Positions 1 through 17,175 of a DNA stretch of 64,000 bases are shown here, one piece after another. The stretch comes from the human T2T-CHM13v2.0 reference genome, Homo sapiens. The DNA lies in the NCBI RefSeq assembly GCF_009914755.1, contig NC_060935.1; one strand, 5' to 3'. Made by a program: the position numbers and the translations under genes. A model generated the notes under the pieces. The model was not told where the DNA came from, did not search any database, and saw only the letters and a program-made list of their open reading frames with translations. Within the stretch, counting starts at the first letter, position 1. Each line of letters starts with the position of its first letter.

Positions 1-845
1 TGAAAGGCTCTGCAACCTGTGGCATTATTCTGCGATGGTAACCATGCAGACCGTAGAGTCTAAGGCAGCCCTAATTCCAGCTTTCTTTCCTGTGTCCTGT
101 AAGTTTAGTCCCTCTTCTCAGGCCGTGTGTCCTTCTGTGAGGTGAGGAAACAGGCACCATAGCCATGGCCCACGAAAGGGGCATTGGAACACTCTGCTCC
201 CAGGGCTAGTGAGAAAGCTGCTGCTTACAGGATGGAGTGGGTGGGGCAGACGCTTCCTCAGAGGAGGATTTGGATTCAGGCATGGCTTTCTCCAGAGGTT
301 GAAGCAAGGTGTTAGGGGCCAGAAAGGAGATGGCAGATCCAGGGCACTGGTGAGTTTTCTCTGAGTGCCTCTGTTGTTGGCTAAACATGTGCTGGGGGTG
401 AAGCAGTGACCCTCCTGGCCCGCCCCCACTCCACAGCTTCCAGCCCCCTCCCTGCCCCTGCTCCTGCCCCTTGGGAGGTCTCAGCTGTGGCATTCATCCA
501 TCATCAGCCTCTGCTTGCAGGGAGGAAGGCATGCCCCAGAAGCATCCTTTAAATCAGCAGGGCTGCCTCTACCCGCACGTGCGTCCCTCTGGCCCTCCCC
601 AGAGGTAAATTGTGTTTTCTTCCCCAAGCCCAGCCTTGAGCCTCATTTCTGGGTGTTTACAGAGCCTGGTTTTATTGCCTTTCCTTTCAATTGACTGTGC
701 CTCTCTCTTCGCCTAGACGATTTTACTCAATTTAATTCCTGCTTTCCCACTCCTCACTCCCTTTTTCTCTAATCCTTTTTGGTGGGGAGATGGGAGGGAG
801 GAGCCCACACAGGAAACTGAATTTCCAATACCAGTACCCTCTATG

Positions 846-1285
846 GCAGTGGTTCTCAAACAGGGCTGTGCGCGAGAGTCACCCTGGGAGCTTGTTAGAC
901 ATAGATGACTGCGTCGCATTCCCAAGAACTGCTGTTTCACGGAGGCCCCCCGACCAGCTCTTTGCACAGCAGTGAATGATGGCCCTGGAGATCCTAGCTG
1001 ACTTAAGAGCTTGCACGCAGGCATCTTGGAGTCTGTCTGCAGCACCAATTTGCTTCAGCTGCAGGTCCACAAGAATGCAGGCTAGGAAGCTGAGTCCAGC
1101 AGATCACTCTAGGGTAATTTTTCTCACAATGCAGCCCAAACTCAGAAGCATCACGGCAATCCAAAAACTTGTTAGAAATGCAGATTCTGAGGCCCTACTG
1201 AAACCCAACCCAGGTGTGGAGCCTAGCAATCTGTGATTTAACAGGCCTTCCGGGAGATTCCGATGCACACTGCAACTTGAGGGCA
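846..1285. mobile_element. Two degraded hAT-Charlie (MER5-type) DNA transposon fragments (~846-1010 and ~1105-1285)
   Basis: CAGTGGTTCTCAAAC terminus; 'cttgttagaaatgcagattctgaggccc' and 'gcaatctgtgatttaacagg...gattccgatgcacac' are typical MER5A motifs (recognition only). Confidence 0.6.
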
Positions 1286-2959
1286 GGGAGAAACACAGCA
1301 GGACTTCTCCAGCCCACTCTGTCTCCTTCATTCCTACCCCAGGAGAGCATGGTTGGCCTTGACCCTTCCTCAGAACAGGGTAGACGCTAGCAACACTGCC
1401 ACCAGGGCCAGAGAGCAAAGGAGAGGGGGCCTCCCAATGTAGTGTCCCAGGTTCCTGGTATAGGTGGTGAGGAGGGAGAACGACCAGAACGACCCTAGGG
1501 GAAGATCCTAGAATGCAGCCCACCTGGAGTTCACAGGGACCTAGAGATCAGGCCACTCCATAGACCCCAAAACAAAGGAGTAGTGCTCCTACTGTGTGCA
1601 GCCCCATCTACCCCATCCAGAGTCACACTCAACAACAGCTTCGTTTTCAAGAAACAAAACCAAGAAAACCCACAAAACACCAAAGCCCTAACAAGTTAGG
1701 TCCCCTGCCCAAGGCGTCTCAGCAAATTAGCGGCCGAACCCAGACCTGAGCAGAAGGGAACTGCTCTGAAAGAAAATCCCAGCTTCTGGGGTTGCAGGGC
1801 TTTGCTGATTCATTCAGTCAATTGACAAGCAGCACCCACAGACAGCCAGATGTTACCCCGTGTTTATCTACCCGGATGTTCACACCAGGTCTATATGGCA
1901 CGGGGGATCCTTCCATTTCTCTGATAGGGGAAAACTGAGACTTCCAAAAGTGAAGATAGTCTCCCAAGGCCCACAGCTTTGAAGAGGTAGCAGAGCCTGG
2001 ATTTGAATTCAGGTGACCAGCTCTAAGCCTGGAGTTTGACCTAAGGCTGATTTCTCCTCTGAGAGCTGACAGAATCTTAATGGCCAAAGCAACAGCTCCT
2101 CTTGACCCTGGGAAGGCCCATAAACAGTGACACCTCCCCAGCCATTTCCCCAGGGACACAAGCCAACTCTGCTCCCAAGTGCCAGTCTTAGCCGAGGAGC
2201 CTGGGCAGAAAGGGCAGAGGAGACTCAGCTACAGGTAGAGGCCTCGGCTGTGCCTCTGCACTGCGCCGGCATCTAGGGCCCGGCTCCGGACCTCCACCCC
2301 CTCCTCCAGCCTTTAGCTCCCTCCCCACCCCACCCCCAGTTCAGCCCGGCCTTGGGTTGGGCCCCGCCATTAGTTCCAGACACCACGTCTCCTCTATTTA
2401 TGGGTTTTTTTCTTTGCTTCTGCGGTTCTCCCTGGATGAATGCCCCCTTTCCCTGGATTTACAGCATCCTCCCGTGGTGGGGTTGATGTCACTTTAATGA
2501 GAGTTACAGCTGCCTTGACTGTGACTGCCACATTCCAATTTACTGCTTGGCCTCTAGAAGCCCAGCAGGGCTTCTCTCTGGCAGACAGGAGTGGCTGTGT
2601 TCTCTGGCCTGGGATTGGGGTGGAGGGTGGAGGACTGCAGTCTCCTTCCTGGCCCCGGCTCTGAACTAGGGCTCCAGGCTCCCTGGTGGATCCTGAGCAA
2701 CAGACAACACCGAGAATCAGGGCAAGGCGGTGGGTGGGGGGTGGGGGAGGCGCGGCCAGGCGGCCGGGCGGCTGGGGGTGCAGAGTTAAGTCAACCCTAC
2801 AGGTTTGGGGAAACAGAGCTCAAAGCTTTCCTGACCCGTTTTCCCCACCCGCCCCCATCTGCCCCAGTGAGAGCCAAAGTTCTGTAGCAGAGGACAGAGG
2901 GCAGAGGAAGGTGGGGGCATTCACAGAAAGCCCGTTGTTTGCTAGTTGAATCCAGATGT

Positions 2960-3035
2960 GGAGGGTGGGAGGGGGAATTGGGAGGGCACGCTGGAGGCAG
3001 GCCTGGGGAGGGGATGGGGGAGGGGAGGGAATTGG
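2960..3035 (+). other. G-rich tract with multiple GGG runs (potential G-quadruplex) in a mildly CpG-rich patch
   Basis: ggagggtgggagggggaattgggaggg...ggggaggggatgggggaggggagggaattggg. Confidence 0.5.
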
Positions 3036-3167
3036 GCAAACAGAACTCCCCGCAGGAATGCCACAGATACCCTGAATCCTGCCTGGATTTCAGTGCCCTC
3101 TCACTGGGGTCTCAACGCGTCAGCCCAAATCAGCCTCCATTGTCTCTAGTTAAGAAATACGAGGCTT

Positions 3168-3334
3168 GGCTGGATGTGGTGGCTCATGCCTATAATTTCA
3201 ACGTTTTGGGAGACCAGGGTGGGAAGATCACTGCACCCAGAATTTTGAGGTGAGGTTACAGTGAGCAATGATCATGCCCCTGCACTCCAGCCTGGGAAAC
3301 AGAGCAAGACCCTGTCTCTAAAATAAATAAATAA
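3168..3334 (+). mobile_element. Old monomeric Alu (FAM/FRAM/AluJ-like)
   Basis: ggctggatgtggtggctcatgcctataat...gcactccagcctgggaaacagagcaagaccctgtctc followed by (taaa)n tail; single monomer. Confidence 0.85.
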
Positions 3335-3579
3335 GAGGCAGTATTGCCAATGGCCCCAGCACATATGAAAAATAGCTACCATTTATACAACAGTTATTAG
3401 ATGCCTCTTCCTGTGCAGCCGAGGCCTCTGGCCACGTGGTCTTTTCTCTCTGCCCGGCTGCTCTGCTACAGGTCCAACCGAAGCAGAATGTCTGGCCTTG
3501 ACCAGGAGACAGAGCAGTAGGGTGGGCAGCCCAGGGCGTTGAATATAGTACTTTTCTAAAGTCCCACAACAACCCAACA

Positions 3580-3720
3580 AGATGGGAATCATTACAGCCA
3601 TTTTACTGACAAAAAACTGAAGCTTTACATCTTAGAGGTTTAAGTCCAAGGCCACACAGCTAGAATGTGACAGAGCCACAATTCAGACTTGGGACTGATT
3701 CCACAGTCCTCACTACGTGA
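3580..3720 (-). mobile_element. MIR SINE fragment
   Basis: cattttactgacaaaaaactgaag...aaggccacacagctagaatgtgacagagcc is the MIR core in reverse. Confidence 0.6.
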
Positions 3721-5894
3721 CCCATTTGCCCATCTGTAAGCAAGACAGAAGTTGGGAAAGGCTGACTGATAACCATGAAATGACCAGAGGCCCACCAGTT
3801 CCTAGAAATCTGAAGTTTGCTCAAAGCTGCCCCACAGTCATGCTGGAGACAGGTTCCAGGGGGCAAGATCCTGACCATGTGTTTATAATGTCCCTGCCAG
3901 CTGCACACACGCCCTGCCCACCTCCATCCCCTCCTCAGAGGTAAGAGGAGTCCACAGCAGAGAAGGAGGCCAGCACTGTCTAGGAGGACACAGGGTGTAG
4001 GTTCTCCCCAAGGCTGCTGACCCTGGAGAAGGGAAGGGTCTGTCCCTGCCCCGCCCTGCCCTGCCCCATCTCCCCATTGCCTCATCCTCTCTGGGAACGG
4101 GAAGTCCATGACCAGGTCCAAAGGCACAGTGGGAAGAAGGAGTCCGGGGCTGCAGGCTTGCGGTTGTCTCCCGCTGCCAGCAACTCTGCGGGCCCAATGG
4201 AGAAGAAAATGCCCAGGCCTGGGCATGAAGCCAAGACAAGGGGGACCCTGGGCTGTGTGGCCATAGAAGGCTCTAGAGAGCGGGAGCAGGAGCTCAGACT
4301 TTGGAGCCAGATGGCCTGGGTGTGCCCCTAGTTCTGCCACACTAGCTGTGTGACCTTGCTCCAAACCCCAGGCCTCACTTTCCTCCTCTGTGAAAGGAGG
4401 GAAATAGTAATCCTAGCTGCTGGAGCACAAGTGGGTATTAAGTGGGGTGCTGGATGTAAAGCACGCGGGTTGATCAAGAAACACCAGCTACTGCTGTTCC
4501 AGGTTCCAGTTCCCAAGCCACTATCATTCCAGGTCTCAGCCTCCCGATGCTTACTACAGGTAGAAAGATCCTTTTGGTTGAAACCAGTCACTTCCTGCAG
4601 GTCTCCGCAAACCTCTCATTCTAGGGACCCAAGGGACCATAGAAGTGTTAATTAGCCAAGCCTTAAGACAGGCCTAGGCAGAGGGAGCCTCGTTAACATT
4701 AATTGGTACTCTCAGATCTTCGCCCAGTCAGGATGGAGCAGCGCATGCTGGGACAGCCTCTCTGCTCTTGGGGTTCACAATCTGCCCAAGACTGTGCCCC
4801 CAGCACAGCTGCAGTAGAGGGGACAGCCAGCGACCCCTCCGCTCCCTCCCCCCTCACAGGGCCCAGCATTCAAGAGAGGCAGGGGGAGCCAGGGCAGAGA
4901 GAGGGAGGGAACTAACCTCTCCTGCAGAAGGGTCAGAACCGTGATCTTGGTCCAACCAACAGTCTTGGAGGCAACCATGATGCGGGCACTTTGCTGCATA
5001 CCAATGCCAAAGGCTGTGCCTGGGAGGAGATGCCAGTCTCTATCAATGGCTGTCAACCTAATTTAATGAGCCGAAGGAGCCTGTTTAAAATGCAGAGTCC
5101 CAGGCAATGCCCTCCATGGTTGAGGTCCAGGAACCTGTATTTTTAACAAGCACGCTTTAAAGCAGGACCACACTTTAAAGAACTGATGTTTGTATAGCCA
5201 GTATGACTTAGTGTAAAGCAAGGCACACAGTAGGTATATAATAAATGCTGATTGATGAAATGAATGAGTGAGTGAGCAGAGCATGAAGAGACCATGAATG
5301 ATTCTACAAAATATGAGCAGAAGATCTGCCTTTCCCCAGGAATTCTCCCCTAGGTAAGAGGTGGGCTCTTCATCTCTGTTTCACTTCTTTTTGTGGTTGG
5401 GACCAGACTTTTTCTACTGAACTTGTACACTGCTATCTCAATTCTAAGAGAATTTTAGTCCACACAGAAGAAACCCCACATAATCCCTCTCCCACCTCAA
5501 ATCTACCCACAGAGGTTAGGAATCCCTGAGAATTCTATTTCCAGAAAAATGCAAATATATACACAAGGTTTTTTTATATTGTAATTTCCAAGAGTTCTGG
5601 ACCCTGAAGCAAATTCATGGTTAAGGATCCCTGCTGGGGACATCCTTTGATCTGTGAATCATTGTTAACAGCAGGGAGCAGAACAAAGGTACAGGAAAGA
5701 GGACCTGGGCCAAGGAAGGGCTGCTAGGGCTTCATCCCTGGGTCAGGAAGCCAGGATTTGGCTCTTGGGTTTCTCGTCCATTCTGGGGAGCACTGAGAGG
5801 CAGGTAGGGCAGCAGGGTTGGAGCTAGAGGTCTGAGGGTCTTGTGGCAGGAAGAGCTGAGGTGACCCAAGAGTGTCATAGACACTCCAAACTCA

Positions 5895-6296
<402 letters not shown>

Positions 6297-7523
6297 TCAC
6301 ATTTAGTCCGCATCATAACCAACTGGAGTAGGTACTAATATCCCCTCTTTAACGTGGGAGGAAGCAGAGACTCATCGGTGTCAGGAGGAGGCTGTCATTG
6401 GCTCTATTTCACACAGCTAGCTAACAACAGAGCCAAGATGTCAAGATCAGGGGCCTGGGAAGGGTGGAAACTGCAAGCCCACTTCCTCCCAAGGTATGGG
6501 TCCTGCTCTGTGTCCTCCCCGGTTGCCATCAACAGCCCTTTCACACGTTCCACTCTGTTATTTGCAGGAAATAAGAGAGAAGTTTCAGGTGAGTGGTGAC
6601 AACCAGATCCCCAACCCCTCTGCCTTCATCCCTGATGGCCTTGGCCAGTGCCCCCCACCCCCTCCCTGCCCCCAGTCACCACACAAAGTCTTGGGTTTAA
6701 AAGTCACTTTGGTCTCCTGCTTCCCAGAGTTATCATAAGAATTAAGTAAGAAAATGAGTCCAAAGTTCCAGGCTTACTGTAAGCAAATGATGAATCGTGA
6801 CATGATTTCTCACCACTTTGTTTTTAATAAGTGGGTTATTTGGAGGAAGTAATTTAAAATTCCAAATAGAAGACATATAATATGATTTTTTTTAATTTTA
6901 AAGCTGAGCATTAATGAATCCTCTTCTTTCCTCGTCTATAAAATGGAAGTCAGAATAACACCCCTCACAAAGGTTTGTGCTATTTGACTTTGATGAGAAT
7001 TCATGAAAAGTCTATGACATTCTCCTGCAGAATATCATCACATATAAATAACTCCTAATATGGATCATACTCTTTTGATTTGCACACACGATGTGCAGGT
7101 GAGAGAAACTGTTCACACTCAGGAAAGGGTGGAAAGTTTACATTCAAGTCAAGGACATTTGTGTTGTACATGAGAAAGAAATTTCTAGTTGAAAGTAGCT
7201 AAGATCCTGTGTTTGTACAGCAGTAATTGAGTCCCCTCGGGACATTATGGGGTCTTTTCCCTTCACAGACATGAAAAGAGATATACAGGACACTCTGTCT
7301 CAGGGGGCTGCTAGAGAGGAACCTGGCTGAAGGCATAAATCAGAGTTTAAGTGCATAGCATTCAAACTCTGCAAAAAGCATCAGAATCACAATTTGTAGT
7401 CTCCTTTTAAATCTTTTCTACAAGATTGTATAGTAGAAAAATAATAACCAACAAATGATTAGAGTACGCTGTCAACTCTTTACACCATGGTGTGCTCTAT
7501 AACTTTATTAAGAACGATGTGTG

Positions 7524-7869
<346 letters not shown>

Positions 7870-7989
7870 TTAAGAAAAGCAGGACAGGAAACACAGGGCA
7901 TGCAGCGATAACTTCATAAAAACCACAATGCTCAGAAGATAATCTGAAATCAATATTGATCAGGTTTTATTTTCTCTCCAGTGGCCTAA

Positions 7990-8325
7990 CACGATTACAT
8001 GCACTTTTTAATGGCATGGATAGGTGGAACGTGGGATTTTTAGCATAGTGAAACCCTCTGTATGATACTGTAATGGTGGATACATTTGTCAAAACCCATC
8101 AAATATACAGAACCAAGAATGGAACCCTCATGTACACTGTGTACTTTGGTTGATTACAAAGTGTCACTACAAGTTCATTGATTGTAACAAACATAGCCCT
8201 CCGGCAGGGATGCTGATGGTGAAGAGTATGAATACATAGGGGCCAAGGGTATATGGGAACGCTGTACTTTCCACTCGATTTTGCTGTGACTCCTAAAACG
8301 GTTAAAAATAAAAAAGTCTGTTTTA
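7990..8325 (+). mobile_element. Old L1 (L1MC/L1MD-type) 3' end fragment
   Basis: ctctgtatgatactgtaatggtggatacat...tgtcaaaacccat...ttcattgattgtaacaaa...gggtatatgggaac...aaaaataaaaaag resembles L1M 3'UTR ends. Confidence 0.7.
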
Positions 8326-8842
8326 AAAATGTTTAAGCTCCATTAGGATGTTAATTGGAAATGCACTAAATGTATATATTTTTATCACATTTTTCTCGAT
8401 AAACATAGTATCTTTCCATTTGTTCGGAAAAATGAAAGATCTTTTTTTAAAAAGTCATGATAGTGAGGGTGGCTCTGAGATCCCCAGTTCAGGAGAGGGC
8501 AATGTTCCCTTTTCCACTGGATAAGAAACTAGGCCCTGAGCCTCCCTCCCTGGATAATGCTAGAACCTTCTTAGACTCTCTAGCCTAAGCCTTGATGATA
8601 CCATCAGTCAGATGGAAGCCAGATGTTCTGATAAGGGGGCCCATAGCAACTGTGACAGGAAAAGGGAGACAAGCTGATGGCTCTGGTCAGAAATGGCCCC
8701 TGTCCAGGCTCAACTTTGTTCACACTCAGCCCCCTGATGAAAAAGCAGGATGTCCCATCCCAAGCTGTAACACGCACATTTTTCAAGAGCAATAAAATAC
8801 CAGGCTAAAAATCCAACTGATTTTTTAAAGTAATAAATTTCT

Positions 8843-9381
<539 letters not shown>

Positions 9382-9684
9382 TCAGGGACAGATGTCTGAG
9401 TCTCCAGGTAGGAGCAATACTGGCATCTGAAAAGGGCCTGAGGTCTTCCATTATAATGAGGTGGCCCAGCCTGCTCTGGAAGGTCCTGGATCACATGGTC
9501 AACAAGATTCTTGAGGGCAGGGACTGTGTCTCAGATTCTCTCTCCCATAGCCCAGTGCCAGGTACACAGGGCTACAGAGATGTCATTATTGAGCACCTTC
9601 TGCATACAAAGCACCATGCTGGGCATAAGGTGGACGCAAAGAGGGGCCAGGTTCAGCCTACAAAGACCGTGAGTGAAGGCGGTG

Positions 9685-9871
9685 ACATGGAGCTCTGTGC
9701 CATGTCAAAGGAGGAGACGAGCCCTGGCTTCAGAACACCAGGCTTCTAATCTGAGCGGCACCACTTACAGCTGGCCTAGGTTCTTTTGTAGCCTCTGGTT
9801 TCAAACACAAATGCTGTGAAATAATTATAGCAAGAGGCAGAGGGTGAAAGGCACCTGAAGAGCTACCATAA
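9685..9871 (+). repeat. Direct duplication, copy 1 (187 bp; partner 11068-11254)
   Basis: Manual alignment: 7 substitutions, no indels. Confidence 0.95.
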
Positions 9872-9899
9872 AGGCAATCCCAGGGCTTCTCCCCAGCTA

Positions 9900-11036
<1,137 letters not shown>

Positions 11037-11067
11037 TATGTTTGGGACTTTCAAGAGTCAACGGGCA

Positions 11068-11254
11068 ACATGGAGCTCTGTGCCGTGTCAAAGGAGGAGA
11101 CAAGCCCTGGCTTCAGAATGCCAGGCTTCTAATCTGAGCAGCACCACTTACAGCTGGCCTAGGTTCTTTTGTAGCCTCTGGTTTCAAACACAAATACTGT
11201 GAAATAATTATAGCAAGAGGCAGAGGGTAAAAGGCACCTGAAGAGCTACCATAA
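11068..11254 (+). repeat. Direct duplication, copy 2 (partner 9685-9871), followed by a 12-bp tandem repeat (11252-11275)
   Basis: ~96% identical to copy 1; junction reads taatcaatggac taatcaatggac. Confidence 0.95.
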
Positions 11255-11797
11255 TCAATGGACTAATCAATGGACTGAGATCTGCCTTGGCTTGCAGCTC
11301 TGATCATCCAGGCTTCCTTTTCCTTCCTGAAAGTCATGGATCCAGCCCACCTCCATGACAACTTCCCTTCTGCCTGGTTTTTCTGCCCGGAAAGAATAGC
11401 TTCTCCATGCCTATCCCAGCCATCTCCACTTCTCTTCCCTTTCCACTCAGTATCCCCACCAGCTGTCTCTCCAATCCACTTTCCCACCACACCCTTGATG
11501 GATGGAACTGCATAATTGTGTGATGGCGGAAAGCTAATTTGTACTTCTGTGCTGGCAATGAAGTGTCTGGAGCTTTGCAATTGACATTGAGAAGCAGAGG
11601 GGATCCCTCACTCCATCCCTGGTTCTCCCTCAAACTCAAATCGCAAATCCTCCACTCTATCTGCAAAGGCCCAGAGACAAAGGGGCTGTAACCTAACCCA
11701 AACCAAACAGCCACTCACAGAAAGTCATGGGAAGAAAAAAATCTTTCCAGTCTTGCAAAGACAAGCACCTGGTGGTTCTCTCCCTGTCTCTCGGTAA

Positions 11798-12354
<557 letters not shown>

Positions 12355-13059
12355 TGAAAGAATATGTGTACATGCACGCGTATACATGTGGCAGGGGGTG
12401 AGAGGGAGAGACTTGTGTAATCAGAGATTTAGTATGTGATACAATGGGAAAGAATAAACAGAATTAAAGGATAACAGCCACCATTTATTGGATCTGTACT
12501 ATATGCCAAACATGTTGCGAAATGTTTTATGCACAATGTTTCATTTAATTTTCAAAGCAACCCAGTGAGGGAGAAACGTATGCGCCCATTTTACAGTTGA
12601 AGAAACAGGCTCACTGACGCACAGCTCATGAGTGGGGCCGAGCTCCAGGACTGAGATCCTGATGCCCATTTTCTGAACCACTACTGGCTACTGCTTTCCA
12701 AGGGCTAGAGATGAGAAAAAAAAGGAAATTGGTTTATGGTGTGGCAGAGGTCTTGCGATGAGACATGAAGAACTCTCTGACAATGAGGGCTGTTTGGTTG
12801 TAGTCGGAGTAATTAGGCTTGTTAGAGCTCTTCCTCTGACGGCCTTTACATTTAAGATGAATGGATGCTTCTATGCCCGGATGGTTTGAGGGAAACGCTG
12901 TCTGTTCCCAGCACGGGGCTGGCCTGTTTGAACTAGCTGACGGCTTCACTGGGGATACAGGATTGCCACACGCGAAACCGTTAGATAACAGGAGAAGATA
13001 GCGCAGGATGTGAGCCCCGAATGGGACTGGCAGAAAGTGAGGGCTACCGACAGGCAGAG

Positions 13060-13300
13060 GCTACTGTGGTTCAAAGCAAGGGCTTTGTGGTCAGGCGGGC
13101 AGACTTGTGTTTGAGTCCCGGCTGGCTCTACTGCTTTTGTGACCTTGGGTATGTTGCCTAACCTCTCTAAGCTTTGGTTTCCTAGTCAGTAAAAAGAGCC
13201 TAAGAATAGAACCTACTTTGGAGGGATGCCATGAAAATTAAATAAGATGATCCATGTAAAATGCTTGGCACAGAACCTGGACATAATCAAAATACAATGG
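13060..13300 (+). mobile_element. MIR SINE
   Basis: gtgaccttgggtatgttgcctaacctctctaagctttggtttcct...gtaaaatgcttggcacagaacctgg. Confidence 0.7.
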
Positions 13301-13853
13301 GGGAGGAGCTGCTATAATAATGACTATTGTTGGAGTCCAGAGGCCGGAGACAGTGGCACAGAACAGAGGGCTAGGTCGGTGGGGAGTCGAGAAAGTCTTC
13401 CTGGGAAACCTGAGTTTTGTCCTGGAGCTTGAAGAGGTGGTCAGGTGAAATCAATAGCAAGGCATAGAGATGTAGGTAGGCAGGGCTTATGTAATGGAGT
13501 GAGATTTCAAATGCCCTATCACTTTCAAAGAAAAATCTGGTTTGATCTGTGGTTGAAGTAGAGAAGGAAGTTGACTATGGGGAAGAGGTGGGAAAGAGAT
13601 GAGGTCTTCCATCCTTGTTTCCAAACCCAAAATGTGAACAGAGACAAACCTCAGGGACCTAAACAAGAAATCTGACATCCAGGGCTTCTTTGCCCACTTC
13701 TGGGCTGTTGTGGGAGGAGAAGGGGTAAGAGCCTGGGAAATGGCTGAGGGCAGAGCTGGTGGCGGATGGGGACAGGACCTGAAACAAGGGAAGTTAGGAA
13801 ATGTGGGCGAGGCCCTTAATGACTGTGTGGGCTGACTCATGTGGGAGACCTAG

Positions 13854-14504
<651 letters not shown>

Positions 14505-15479
14505 TAGAATCTGATTCCATGGGTTTAGGGATTCGGGAATCTATTTTCTAACAAGCATCCAGGTGATTCTTCAGGAAAGGCAAATTTGGAAAAGGCTGAC
14601 TTGGTAGTCTCTTAAATTCCCTTCAGTCCTAAATCTAGGCAGCAGAGAGCGGGTAGAGGGAAGGGCCCCTGGATGATAGCAAGAGGCCGATTCTAGCCGG
14701 ACCCTGCAGTTCACATGGCCCTGTGCTGGGGAAGCCCTAGAAGGGAAGGAGGCTGCAGAGAAGGGAGTTTTCACCCATCAGTAATCAAGGTCCCAACAGA
14801 AGTGAAAATGGAAGTCAGGGAACAATTGGTTTTGAGCATCTTCGTGGGGCTTTTTCCCTTGCCTGGGACTGGCAGGACAGTGTAGGTCTGAGCAGCTTCC
14901 ACGATACACACGGGGACACTTAAGCCCAAAGAATTTTTAAAACGTGCCTAAATTCCACAACTAATCAGAGGAGGCAGCAATCCAGATCTCCTGGTCTTCA
15001 CCCTTCTTATTGTTGGGGTGCACCGCAGGGCACGCATGTTTCCTTGTGGCTTGTGGGAAAGCCACTGTCGTGGAGCGCCAGCGTCCCGAGTCCCTGGAAA
15101 TTCTCCCAAGTGACCTGGAATCCAACATTTCCCTGGATTTTCATAGTCTATAATAGAGAGAAAGAACCGGGTCTGCGGTGGTGGGCAGGACTGAGGAAAG
15201 GCCGTGAATGCGGGAAGCACGGGAGGCAGGACTGAAAAGGAAAGAGGCACAGGGGCTCACAAAACCTGAGGGCCGCGTCCCAGTGGGTGACCTGACCCAT
15301 CAAGGTCTAACACCTGGCCGTGGCAAAGCTGGGCGAGAACCCCCGATCCACCCTCCCAGTGTGGGGCAGGGAAAAGGCAGAGTGCAAAGCGAGGTCTGAT
15401 TTTGCAGAAGCTTTTTAGAAATTCGCTGTCAGAGAAACTGAAAGACCAAACAAAACCCCTAAAAATCCAAGCCCGATTA

Positions 15480-16480
<1,001 letters not shown>

Positions 16481-17047
16481 TTCTCTACACCTCTTTGCCC
16501 ACTCCCCAGGGCCCACCCCTTCATTCTCTCCAAAGAACCCCTCTGCTTCCCTTTCTCACTCCCTCCTCCAGCGCTCCCAGAGCCCCCCAGGTGCTAACCC
16601 TCCTCCAGAACTCCTGCTAACGACTGGACTCCCTTCTTGGAGTCATTCCCCTGTGCTCTAGTGGGAAAGTCCTAGGCGAAGTGTTCTCGCTGTGGGCTCT
16701 CACTGTGGGTTCTCCCTGTGTGATCTAGAGCAAGCAAGCCTCTTTCCTCTATGGGCCTGGCTTCTCACCCCTGTACAGGGCACTGAGGGGTCTGCGAGGC
16801 CTCCCAGCCCTGACATTTTGGAGTCCCTCTGTCACCTCTCCCTCTGTTTCACTTTTCTGGGGAGAGCTGGTTGCCCTTGGTCCCTCTCAAGCCGGGAGAA
16901 GCCCTGTCTCCTCTTTGGTCTGGAAGGCTGGGGCGCTTGCAGCAGGAGGATCCTGGAGAGAGACCCCAGCTGAGGCCCCCTCCCTCTGGGAGAAGTGCTG
17001 CCCTTCACTCTGCCTGGCAGAGAAGCGAGCCAACCCCCCTATTTTGG

Positions 17048-17175
17048 CCCAGATTAGGGTTAGGGAGTTAGAGACCAGCCCGGTGGGTGGGTGGGTGGGT
17101 GTGGGTGTGTGGGTGTGTGTCCCAGATTACGGTTTGGGAGTTAGAGACCAGCCCGCTCTTGGTGTGTGTGTGTCT
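17048..17175 (+). repeat. Imperfect ~73-bp tandem duplication containing (GGGT)4 and GT-rich repeats
   Basis: cccagattagggttagggagttagagaccagcccg (17048) vs cccagattacggtttgggagttagagaccagcccg (17121). Confidence 0.8.

Noticed and set aside
3660-4364. 234-aa minus-strand ORF; likewise 226/229-aa ORFs at 23339-24056
   Set aside because: Run through MIR or microsatellite sequence in GC-rich DNA; no domain or splice support
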